A stretch of DNA of 64,000 bases, taken from the NCBI RefSeq assembly GCF_009914755.1, contig NC_060925.1. One strand, given 5' to 3'. The stretch comes from the human T2T-CHM13v2.0 reference genome, Homo sapiens. Under the pieces are notes generated by a model. That model worked only from the letters and a program-made list of their open reading frames with translations, was not told the DNA's origin and did not search any database. Shown piece after piece: positions 1 through 11,540 of the stretch; position 1 is the first letter of the stretch, and each line of letters starts with the position of its first letter. The position numbers were made by a program, and so were the translations under genes.

Positions 1-58
1 TTGACCACTTAGAGGCCTTCGTTGGAAACGGTTTTTTTTCATGTAAGGCTAGACAGAA

Positions 59-64
59 GAATTC
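59..64. other. EcoRI site defining the classical 340-bp human EcoRI alphoid dimer (representative)
   Basis: GAATTC recurs every ~340 bp. It is usually lost after B dimers (AATAATTC, e.g. ~737-744), which predicts 680-bp fragments. Confidence 0.9.
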
Positions 65-355
65 CCAGTAACTTCCTTGTGTTGTGTGCATTCAACTCAC
101 AGAGTTGAACGTTCCCTTAGACAGAGCAGATTTGAAACACTCTATTTGTGCAATTTGCAAGTGTAGATTTCAAGCGCTTTAAGGTCAACGGCAGAAAAGG
201 AAATATCTTCGTTTCAAAACTAGATAGAATCATTCCCACAAACTGCGTTGTGATGTGTTCGTTCAACTCACAGAGTTTAACCTTTCTGTTCATAGAGCAG
301 TTAGGAAACACTCTGTTTGTAAAGTCTGTAAGTGGATATTCTGACATCTTGTGGC

Positions 356-372
356 CTTCGTTGGAAACGGGA
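356..372 (+). promoter_or_regulatory. CENP-B box (representative intact copy; recurs every ~340 bp through the window)
   Basis: CTTCGTTGGAAACGGGA matches the 17-bp consensus YTTCGTTGGAARCGGGA with core nTTCGnnnnAnnCGGGn. Confidence 0.98.
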
Positions 373-524
373 TTTCTTCATATTCTGCTAGACAGAAGAA
401 TTCTCAGTAACTTCCTTGTGTTGTGTGTATTCAACTCACAGAGTTGAACGATCCTTTACACAGAGCAGACTTGAAACACTCTTTTTGTGGAATTTGCAAG
501 TGGAGATTTCAGCCGCTTTGAGGT

Positions 525-541
525 CAATGGTAGAAAAGGAA
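525..541 (+). promoter_or_regulatory. A-box / pJalpha-type site of the alternate monomer (representative)
   Basis: CAATGGTAGAAAAGGAA occupies the CENP-B-box-equivalent position 169 bp after the box at 356; typical of A-type alphoid monomers. Confidence 0.75.
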
Positions 542-2040
542 ACTATCTTCATATAAAGACTAGACAGAATGATTCTCAGAAAATCTTTTGTGATGTGTGC
601 GTTCAACTCACAGAGTTTAACTTTTCTTCTCATAGAGCAGTTAGGAAACACTCTGTTTGTAAAGTCTGCAAGTGGATATTCAGACCTCTTTGAGGCCTTC
701 GTTGGAAACGGGATTTCGTCATATTATGCTAGACAGAATAATTCTCAGTAACTTCCTTGTGTTGTGTGTATTCAACTCACAGAGTTGAAGGATCCTTTAC
801 AGAGAGCAGGCTTGAAACACTCTTTTTGTCGAATTTGCAAGTGGAGATTTCAGCCGCTTTGAGGTCAATGGTAGAATAGGAAATATCTTCTTATAGAAAC
901 TAGACAGAATGATTCTCATAAACTCCTTTGTGATGTGTGCGTTCAACTCACAGAGTTTAACCTTTCTTTTCATAGAGCAGTTAGGAAAAACTCTGTTTGA
1001 AAAGTCTGCAAGTGGATATTCAGACCTCCTTGAGGCCTTCGTTGGAAACGGGATTTCTTCATATTCTGCTAGACAGAAGAATTCTCAGTAACTTCCTTGT
1101 GTTGTGTTTATTCAACTCACAGAGTTGAATGATCCTTTACACAGAGCAGACTTGAAACACTCTTTTTGTGGAATTTGCAAGTGGAGATTTCAGCCGCTTT
1201 GAGGTCAATGGTAGAAAAGTAAATATCTTCGTATAAAGACTAGACAGAATGATTCTCAAAAACTCCTTTGTGATGTGTGCGTTCAACTCACAGAGTTTAA
1301 CCTTTCTGTTCATAGAGCAGTTAGGAAACACTCTGTTTGTAAAGTCTGCAAGTGGATATTCAGACCTCCTTGAGGCCTTCGTTGGAAACGGGATTTCTTC
1401 ATACTCTGCTAGACAGAAGAATTCTCAGTAACTTCCTTGTGTTGTGTGTATTCAACTCACAGAGTTGAACGATCCTTTACACAGAGCAGACTTGAAACAC
1501 TCTTTTTGTGGAATTTGCAAGTGGAGATTTCAGCCGCTTTGAGGTCAATAGTAGAAAAGGAAATATCTTCGTAGAAAAACTAGACAGAATGATTCTCAGA
1601 AACTCCTTTGTGATGTGTGTGTTCAACTCACAGAGTTTAACCTTTCTTTTCATAGAGCAGTTAGTAAACACTCTGTTTATAAAGTCTGCAAGTGGATATT
1701 CAGACCCCTTTGAGGCCTTCGTTGGAAACGGGATTTCTTCATATTATGCTAGACAGAAGAATTCTCAGTAACTTCCTTGTGTTGTGTGTATTCAACTGAC
1801 AGAGTTGAACTTTCATTTAGAGAGAGCAGATTTGAAACACTGTTTTTGTGGAATTTGCAAGTGGAGATTTCAAGCGCTTTGGGGCCAAAGGCAGAAAAGG
1901 AAATATCTTCGTATAAAAACTAGACAGAATCATTCTCAGAAACTGCTGCGTGATGTGTGCGTTCAACTCTCAGAGTTTAACTTTTCTTTTCATTCAGCGG
2001 TTTGGAAACACTCTGTTTGTAAAGTCTGCACGTGGATATT

Positions 2041-5000
2041 TTGACCACTTAGAGGCCTTTGTTGGAAACGGGTTTTTTTCATGTAAGGCTAGACAGAAGA
2101 ATTCCCAGTAACTTCCTTGTGTTGTGTGCATTCAACTCACAGAGTTGAACGTTCCCTTAGACAGAGCAGATTTGAAACACTCTATTTGTGCAATTTCCAA
2201 GTGTAGATTTCAAGCGCTTTAAGGTCAACGGCAGAAAAGGAAATATCTTCGTTTCAAAACTAGAGAGAATCATTCCCACAAACTGCGTTGTGATGTGTTC
2301 GTTCAACTCACAGAGTTTAACCTTTCTGTTCATAGAGCAGTTAGGAAACACTCTGTAAAGTCTGTAAGTGGATATTCTGACATCTTGTGGCCTTCGTTGG
2401 AAACGGGATTTCTTCATATTCTGCTAGACAGAAGAATTCTCAGTAACTTCCTTGTGTTGTGTGTATTCAACTCACAGAGTTGAACGATCCTTTACACAGA
2501 GCAGACTTGAAACACTCTTTTTGTGGAATTTGCAAGTGGAGATTTCAGCCGCTTTGAGGTCAATGGTAGAAAAGGAAACTATCTTCATATAAAGACTAGA
2601 CAGAATGATTCTCAGAAAATCTTTTGTGATGTGTGCGTTCAACTCACAGAGTTTAACTTTTCTTCTCATAGAGCAGTTAGGAAACACTCTGTTTGTAAAG
2701 TCTGCAAGTGGATATTCAGACCTCTTTGAAGCCTTCGTTGGAAACGGGATTTCTTCATATTATGCTAGACAGAATAATTCTCAGTAACTTCCTTGTGTTG
2801 TGTGTATTCAACTCACAGAGTTGAACGATCCTTTACAGAGATCAGGATTGAAACACTCTTTTTGTCGAATTTGCAAGTGGAGATTTCAGCCGCTTTGAGG
2901 TCAATGGTAGAATAGGAAATATCTTCTTATAGAAACTAGACAGAATGATTCTCATAAACTCCTTTGTGATGTGTGCGTTCAACTCACAGAGTTTAACCTT
3001 TCTTTTCATAGAGCAGTTAGGAAACACTCTGTTTGTAAAGTCTGCAAGTGGATATTCAGACCCCCTTGAGGCCTTCGTTGGAAACGGGATTTCTTCATAT
3101 TCTGCTAGACAGAAGAATTCTCAGTAACTTCCTTGTGTTGTGTGTATTCAACTCACAGAGTTGAACGATCCTTTACACAGAGCAGACTTGAAACACTCTT
3201 CTTGTGGAATTTGCAAGTGGAGATTTCAGCCGCTTTGAGGTCAATGGTAGAAAAGTAAATATCTTCGTATAAAGACTAGACAGAATGATTCTCAGAAACT
3301 CCTTTGTGATGTGTGCGTTCAACTCACAGAGTTTAACCTTTCTGTTCATAGAGCAGTTAGGAAACACTCTGTTTGTAAAGTCTGCAAGTGGATATTCAGA
3401 CCTCCTTGAGGCCTTCGTTGGAAACGGGATTTCTTCATATTCTGCTAGACAGAAGAATTCTCAGTAACTTCCTTGTGTTGTGTGTATTCAACTCACAGAG
3501 TTGAACGATCCTTTACACAGAGCAGACTTGAAACACTCTTCTTGTGGAATTTGCAAGTGGAGATTTCAGCCGCTTTGAGGTCAATGGTAGAAAAGGAAAT
3601 ATCTTCGTATAAAGACTAGACAGAATGAGTCTCAGAAACTCCTTTGTGATGTGTTCGTTCAACTCACAGAGTTTAACCTTTCTGTTCATAGAGCAGTTAG
3701 GAAACACTCTGTAAAGTCTGTAAGTGGATATTCTGACATCTTGTGGCCTTCGTTGGAAACGGGATTTCTTCATATTCTGCTAGACAGAAGAATTCTCAGT
3801 AACTTCCTTGTGTTGTGTGTATTCAACTCACAGAGTTGAACGATCCTTTACACAGAGCAGACTTGAAACACTCTTTTTGTGGAATTTGCAAGTGGAGATT
3901 TCAGCCGCTTTGAGGTCAATGGTAGAAAAGGAAACTATCTTCATATAAAGACTAGACAGAATGATTCTCAGAAAATCTTTTGTGATGTGTGCGTTCAACT
4001 CACAGAGTTTAACTTTTCTTCTCATAGAGCAGTTAGGAAACACTCTGTTTGTAAAGTCTGCAAATGGATATTCAGACCTCTTTGAGGCCTTCGTTGGAAA
4101 CGGGATTTCGTCATATTATGCTAGACAGAATAATTCTCAGTAACTTCCTTGTGTTGTGTGTATTCAACTCACAGAGTTGAAGGATCCTTTACAGAGAGCA
4201 GGCTTGAAACACTCTTTTTGTCGAATTTGCAAGTGGAGATTTCAGCCGCTTTGAGGTCAATGGTAGAATAGGAAATATCTTCTTATAGAAACTAGACAGA
4301 ATGATTCTCATAAACTCCTTTGTGATGTGTGCGTTCAACTCACAGAGTTTAACCTTTCTTTTCATAGAGCAGTTAGGAAAAACTCTGTTTGAAAAGTCTG
4401 CAAGTGGATATTCAGACCTCCTTGAGGCCTTCGTTGGAAACGGGATTTCTTCATATTCTGCTAGACAGAAGAATTCTCAGTAACTTCCTTGTGTTGTGTT
4501 TATTCAACTCACAGAGTTGAATGATCCTTTACACAGAGCAGACTTGAAACACTCTTTTTGTGGAATTTGCAAGTGGAGATTTCAGCCGCTTTGAGGTCAA
4601 TGGTAGAAAAGTAAATATCTTCGTATAAAGACTAGACAGAATGATTCTCAAAAACTCCTTTGTGATGTGTGCGTTCAACTCACAGAGTTTAACCTTTCTG
4701 TTCATAGAGCAGTTAGGAAACACTCTGTTTGTAAAGTCTGCAAGTGGATATTCAGACCTCCTTGAGGCCTTCGTTGGAAACGGGATTTCTTCATACTCTG
4801 CTAGACAGAAGAATTCTCAGTAACTTCCTTGTGTTGTGTGTATTCAACTCACAGAGTTGAACGATCCTTTACACAGAGCAGACTTGAAACACTCTTTTTG
4901 TGGAATTTGCAAGTGGAGATTTCAGCCGCTTTGAGGTCAATAGTAGAAAAGGAAATATCTTCGTAGAAAAACTAGACAGAATGATTCTCAGAAACTCCTT

Positions 5001-5432
5001 TGTGATGTGTGTGTTCAACTCACAGAGTTTAACCTTTCTTTTCATAGAGCAGTTAGTAAACACTCTGTTTATAAAGTCTGCAAGTGGATATTCAGACCCC
5101 TTTGAGGCCTTCGTTGGAAACGGGATTTCTTCATATTATGCTAGACAGAAGAATTCTCAGTAACTTCCTTGTGTTGTGTGTATTCAACTGACAGAGTTGA
5201 ACTTTCATTTAGAGAGAGCAGATTTGAAACACTGTTTTTGTGGAATTTGCAAGTGGAGATTTCAAGCGCTTTGGGGCCAAAGGCAGAAAAGGAAATATCT
5301 TCGTATAAAAACTAGACAGAATCATTCTCAGAAACTGCTGCGTGATGTGTGCGTTCAACTCTCAGAGTTTAACTTTTCTTTTCATTCAGCGGTTTGGAAA
5401 CACTCTGTTTGTAAAGTCTGCACGTGGATATT
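2041..5432 (+). repeat. HOR variant, 20-mer A'BCD(G/A')BCDEF (3392 bp)
   Basis: Landmark spacing 3392 = 10x340 minus two 4-bp deletions. Confidence 0.85.
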
Positions 5433-8148
5433 TTGACCACTTAGAGGCCTTTGTTGGAAACGGGTTTTTTTCATGTAAGGCTAGACAGAAGAATTCCCAG
5501 TAACTTCCTTGTGTTGTGTGCATTCAACTCACAGAGTTGAACGTTCCCTTAGACAGAGCAGATTTGAAACACTCTATTTGTGCAATTTCCAAGTGTAGAT
5601 TTCAAGCGCTTTAAGGTCAACGGCAGAAAAGGAAATATCTTCGTTTCAAAACTAGAGAGAATCATTCCCACAAACTGCGTTGTGATGTGTTCGTTCAACT
5701 CACAGAGTTTAACCTTTCTGTTCATAGAGCAGTTAGGAAACACTCTGTAAAGTCTGTAAGTGGATATTCTGACATCTTGTGGCCTTCGTTGGAAACGGGA
5801 TTTCTTCATATTCTGCTAGACAGAAGAATTCTCAGTAACTTCCTTGTGTTGTGTGTATTCAACTCACAGAGTTGAACGATCCTTTACACAGAGCAGACTT
5901 GAAACACTCTTTTTGTGGAATTTGCAAGTGGAGATTTCAGCCGCTTTGAGGTCAATGGTAGAAAAGGAAACTATCTTCATATAAAGACTAGACAGAATGA
6001 TTCTCAGAAAATCTTTTGTGATGTGTGCGTTCAACTCACAGAGTTTAACTTTTCTTCTCATAGAGCAGTTAGGAAACACTCTGTTTGTAAAGTCTGCAAG
6101 TGGATATTCAGACCTCTTTGAGACCTTCGTTGGAAACGGGATTTCTTCATATTATGCTAGACAGAATAATTCTCAGTAACTTCCTTGTGTTGTGTGTATT
6201 CAACTCACAGAGTTGAACGATCCTTTACGGAGATCAGGATTGAAACACTCTTTTTGTCGAATTTGCAAGTGGAGATTTCAGCCGCTTTGAGGTCAATGGT
6301 AGAATAGGAAATATCTTCTTATAGAAACTAGACAGAATGATTCTCATAAACTCCTTTGTGATGTGTGCGTTCAACTCACAGAGTTTAACCTTTCTTTTCA
6401 TAGAGCAGTTAGGAAACACTCTGTTTGTAAAGTCTGCAAGTGGATATTCAGACCTCCTTGAGGCCTTCGTTGGAAACGGGATTTCTTCATATTCTGCTAG
6501 ACAGAAGAATTCTCAGTAACTTCCTTGTGTTGTGTTTATTCAACTCACAGAGTTGAATGATCCTTTACACAGAGCAGACTTGAAACACTCTTTTTGTGGA
6601 ATTTGCAAGTGGAGATTTCAGCCGCTTTGAGGTCAATGGTAGAAAAGTAAATATCTTCGTATAAAGACTAGACAGAATGATTCTCAGAAACTCCTTTGTG
6701 ATGTGTGCGTTCAACTCACAGAGTTTAACCTTTCTGTTCATAGAGCAGTTAGGAAACACTCTGTTTGTAAAGTCTGCAAGTGGATATTCAGACCTCCTTG
6801 AGGCCTTCGTTGGAAACGGGATTTCTTCATATTCTGCTAGACAGAAGAATTCTCAGTAACTTCCTTGTGTTGTGTGTATTCAACTCACAGAGTTGAACGA
6901 TCCTTTACACAGAGCAGACTTGAAACACTCTTCTTGTGGAATTTGCAAGTGGAGATTTCAGCCGCTTTGAGGTCAATGGTAGAAAAGGAAATATCTTCGT
7001 ATAAAGACTAGACAGAATGATTCTCAGAAACTCCTTTGTGATGTGTGCGTTCAACTCACAGAGTTTAACCTTTCTGTTCATAGAGCAGTTAGGAAACACT
7101 CTGTTTGTAAAGTCTGCAAGTGGATATTCAGACCCCCTTGAGGCCTTCGTTGGAAACGGGATTTCTTCATATTCTGCTAGACAGAAGAATTCTCAGTAAC
7201 TTCCTTGTGTTGTGTTTATTCAACTCACAGAGTTGAATGATCCTTTACACAGAGTAGACTTGAAACACTCTTTTTGTGGAATTTGCAAGTGGAGATTTCA
7301 GCCGCTTTGAGGTCAATGGTAGAAAAGTAAATATCTTCGTATAAAGACTAGACAGAATGATTCTCAAAAACTCCTTTGTGATGTGTGCGTTCAACTCACA
7401 GAGTTTAACCTTTCTGTTCATAGAGCAGTTAGGAAACACTCTGTTTGTAAAGTCTGCAAGTGGATATTCAGACCTCCTTGAGGCCTTCGTTGGAAACGGG
7501 ATTTCTTCATACTCTGCTAGACAGAAGAATTCTCAGTAACTTCCTTGTGTTGTGTGTATTCAACTCACAGAGTTGAACGATCCTTTACACAGAGCAGACT
7601 TGAAACACTCTTTTTGTGGAATTTGCAAGTGGAGATTTCAGCCGCTTTGAGGTCAATAGTAGAAAAGGAAATATCTTCGTAGAAAAACTAGACAGAATGA
7701 TTCTCAGAAACTCCTTTGTGATGTGTGTGTTCAACTCACAGAGTTTAACCTTTCTTTTCATAGAGCAGTTAGTAAACACTCTGTTTATAAAGTCTGCAAG
7801 TGGATATTCAGACCCCTTTGAGGCCTTCGTTGGAAACGGGATTTCTTCATATTATGCTAGACAGAAGAATTCTCAGTAACTTCCTTGTGTTGTGTGTATT
7901 CAACTGACAGAGTTGAACTTTCATTTAGAGAGAGCAGATTTGAAACACTGTTTTTGTGGAATTTGCAAGTGGAGATTTCAAGCGCTTTGGGGCCAAAGGC
8001 AGAAAAGGAAATATCTTCGTATAAAAACTAGACAGAATCATTCTCAGAAACTGCTGCGTGATGTGTGCGTTCAACTCTCAGAGTTTAACTTTTCTTTTCA
8101 TTCAGCGGTTTGGAAACACTCTGTTTGTAAAGTCTGCACGTGGATATT
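5433..8148 (+). repeat. HOR variant, 16-mer A'BCDGDEF (2716 bp)
   Basis: Landmark spacing and dimer barcodes. Confidence 0.85.
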
Positions 8149-11100
8149 TTGACCACTTAGAGGCCTTTGTTGGAAACGGGTTTTTTTCATGTAAGGCTAG
8201 ACAGAAGAATTCCCAGTAACTTCCTTGTGTTGTGTGCATTCAACTCACAGAGTTGAACGTTCCCTTAGACAGAGCAGATTTGAAACACTCTATTTGTGCA
8301 ATTTCCAAGTGTAGATTTCAAGCGCTTTAAGGTCAACGGCAGAAAAGGAAATATCTTCGTTTCAAAACTAGAGAGAATCATTCCCACAAACTGCGTTGTG
8401 ATGTGTTCGTTCAACTCACAGAGTTTAACCTTTCTGTTCATAGAGCAGTTAGGAAACACTCTGTAAAGTCTGTAAGTGGATATTCTGACATCTTGTGGCC
8501 TTCGTTGGAAACGGGATTTCTTCATATTCTGCTAGACAGAAGAATTCTCAGTAACTTCCTTGTGTTGTGTGTATTCAACTCACAGAGTTGAACGATCCTT
8601 TACACAGAGCAGACTTGAAACACTCTTTTTGTGGAATTTGCAAGTGGAGATTTCAGCCGCTTTGAGGTCAATGGTAGAAAAGGAAACTATCTTCATATAA
8701 AGACTAGACAGAATGATTCTCAGAAAATCTTTTGTGATGTGTGCGTTCAACTCACAGAGTTTAACTTTTCTTCTCATAGAGCAGTTAGGAAACACTCTGT
8801 TTGTAAAGTCTGCAAGTGGATATTCAGACCTCTTTGAAGCCTTCGTTGGAAACGGGATTTCTTCATATTATGCTAGACAGAATAATTCTCAGTAACTTCC
8901 TTGTGTTGTGTGTATTCAACTCACAGAGTTGAACGATCCTTTACAGAGATCAGGATTGAAACACTCTTTTTGTCGAATTTGCAAGTGGAGATTTCAGCCG
9001 CTTTGAGGTCAATGGTAGAATAGGAAATATCTTCTTATAGAAACTAGACAGAATGATTCTCATAAACTCCTTTGTGATGTGTGCGTTCAACTCACAGAGT
9101 TTAACCTTTCTTTTCATAGAGCAGTTAGGAAACACTCTGTTTGTAAAGTCTGCAAGTGGATATTCAGACCCCCTTGAGGCCTTCGTTGGAAACGGGATTT
9201 CTTCATATTCTGCTAGACAGAAGAATTCTCAGTAACTTCCTTGTGTTGTGTGTATTCAACTCACAGAGTTGAACGATCCTTTACACAGAGCAGACTTGAA
9301 ACACTCTTCTTGTGGAATTTGCAAGTGGAGATTTCAGCCGCTTTGAGGTCAATGGTAGAAAAGTAAATATCTTCGTATAAAGACTAGACAGAATGATTCT
9401 CAGAAACTCCTTTGTGATGTGTGCGTTCAACTCACAGAGTTTAACCTTTCTGTTCATAGAGCAGTTAGGAAACACTCTGTTTGTAAAGTCTGCAAGTGGA
9501 TATTCAGACCTCCTTGAGGCCTTCGTTGGAAACGGGATTTCTTCATATTCTGCTAGACAGAAGAATTCTCAGTAACTTCCTTGTGTTGTGTGTATTCAAC
9601 TCACAGAGTTGAACGATCCTTTACACAGAGCAGACTTGAAACACTCTTCTTGTGGAATTTGCAAGTGGAGATTTCAGCCGCTTTGAGGTCAATGGTAGAA
9701 AAGGAAATATCTTCGTATAAAGACTAGACAGAATGATTCTCAGAAACTCCTTTGTGATGTGTTCGTTCAACTCACAGAGTTTAACCTTTCTGTTCATAGA
9801 GCAGTTAGGAAACACTCTGTAAAGTCTGTAAGTGGATATTCTGACATCTTGTGGCCTTCGTTGGAAACGGGATTTCTTCATATTCTGCTAGACAGAAGAA
9901 TTCTCAGTAACTTCCTTGTGTTGTGTGTATTCAACTCACAGAGTTGAACGATCCTTTACACAGAGCAGACTTGAAACACTCTTTTTGTGGAATTTGCAAG
10001 TGGAGATTTCAGCCGCTTTGAGGTCAATGGTAGAAAAGGAAACTATCTTCATATAAAGACTAGACAGAATGATTCTCAGAAAATCTTTTGTGATGTGTGC
10101 GTTCAACTCACAGAGTTTAACTTTTCTTCTCATAGAGCAGTTAGGAAACACTCTGTTTGTAAAGTCTGCAAGTGGATATTCAGACCTCTTTGAGGCCTTC
10201 GTTGGAAACGGGATTTCGTCATATTATGCTAGACAGAATAATTCTCAGTAACTTCCTTGTGTTGTGTGTATTCAACTCACAGAGTTGAAGGATCCTTTAC
10301 AGAGAGCAGGCTTGAAACACTCTTTTTGTCGAATTTGCAAGTGGAGATTTCAGCCGCTTTGAGGTCAATGGTAGAATAGGAAATATCTTCTTATAGAAAC
10401 TAGACAGAATGATTCTCATAAACTCCTTTGTGATGTGTGCGTTCAACTCACAGAGTTTAACCTTTCTTTTCATAGAGCAGTTAGGAAAAACTCTGTTTGA
10501 AAAGTCTGCAAGTGGATATTCAGACCTCCTTGAGGCCTTCGTTGGAAACGGGATTTCTTCATATTCTGCTAGACAGAAGAATTCTCAGTAACTTCCTTGT
10601 GTTGTGTTTATTCAACTCACAGAGTTGAATGATCCTTTACACAGAGCAGACTTGAAACACTCTTTTTGTGGAATTTGCAAGTGGAGATTTCAGCCGCTTT
10701 GAGGTCAATGGTAGAAAAGTAAATATCTTCGTATAAAGACTAGACAGAATGATTCTCAAAAACTCCTTTGTGATGTGTGCGTTCAACTCACAGAGTTTAA
10801 CCTTTCTGTTCATAGAGCAGTTAGGAAACACTCTGTTTGTAAAGTCTGCAAGTGGATATTCAGACCTCCTTGAGGCCTTCGTTGGAAACGGGATTTCTTC
10901 ATACTCTGCTAGACAGAAGAATTCTCAGTAACTTCCTTGTGTTGTGTGTATTCAACTCACAGAGTTGAACGATCCTTTACACAGAGCAGACTTGAAACAC
11001 TCTTTTTGTGGAATTTGCAAGTGGAGATTTCAGCCGCTTTGAGGTCAATAGTAGAAAAGGAAATATCTTCGTAGAAAAACTAGACAGAATGATTCTCAGA

Positions 11101-11540
11101 AACTCCTTTGTGATGTGTGTGTTCAACTCACAGAGTTTAACCTTTCTTTTCATAGAGCAGTTAGTAAACACTCTGTTTATAAAGTCTGCAAGTGGATATT
11201 CAGACCCCTTTGAGGCCTTCGTTGGAAACGGGATTTCTTCATATTATGCTAGACAGAAGAATTCTCAGTAACTTCCTTGTGTTGTGTGTATTCAACTGAC
11301 AGAGTTGAACTTTCATTTAGAGAGAGCAGATTTGAAACACTGTTTTTGTGGAATTTGCAAGTGGAGATTTCAAGCGCTTTGGGGCCAAAGGCAGAAAAGG
11401 AAATATCTTCGTATAAAAACTAGACAGAATCATTCTCAGAAACTGCTGCGTGATGTGTGCGTTCAACTCTCAGAGTTTAACTTTTCTTTTCATTCAGCGG
11501 TTTGGAAACACTCTGTTTGTAAAGTCTGCACGTGGATATT
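8149..11540 (+). repeat. HOR variant, 20-mer, near-identical to 2041-5432
   Basis: Same dimer order and private variants at offset 6108. Confidence 0.85.

Larger units (their letters stand above)
1..2040 (+). repeat. HOR unit, 12-mer ABCDEF (2040 bp)
   Basis: TTGACCACTT landmark at 1 and 2041; six distinguishable dimers. Confidence 0.9.

Noticed and set aside
91-109. Hairpins and T-tracts as intrinsic terminators or structured ncRNA genes
   Set aside because: They are integral satellite motifs in eukaryotic DNA and the hairpin is not followed by the T-tract. Alpha-satellite transcription cannot be inferred from sequence alone.
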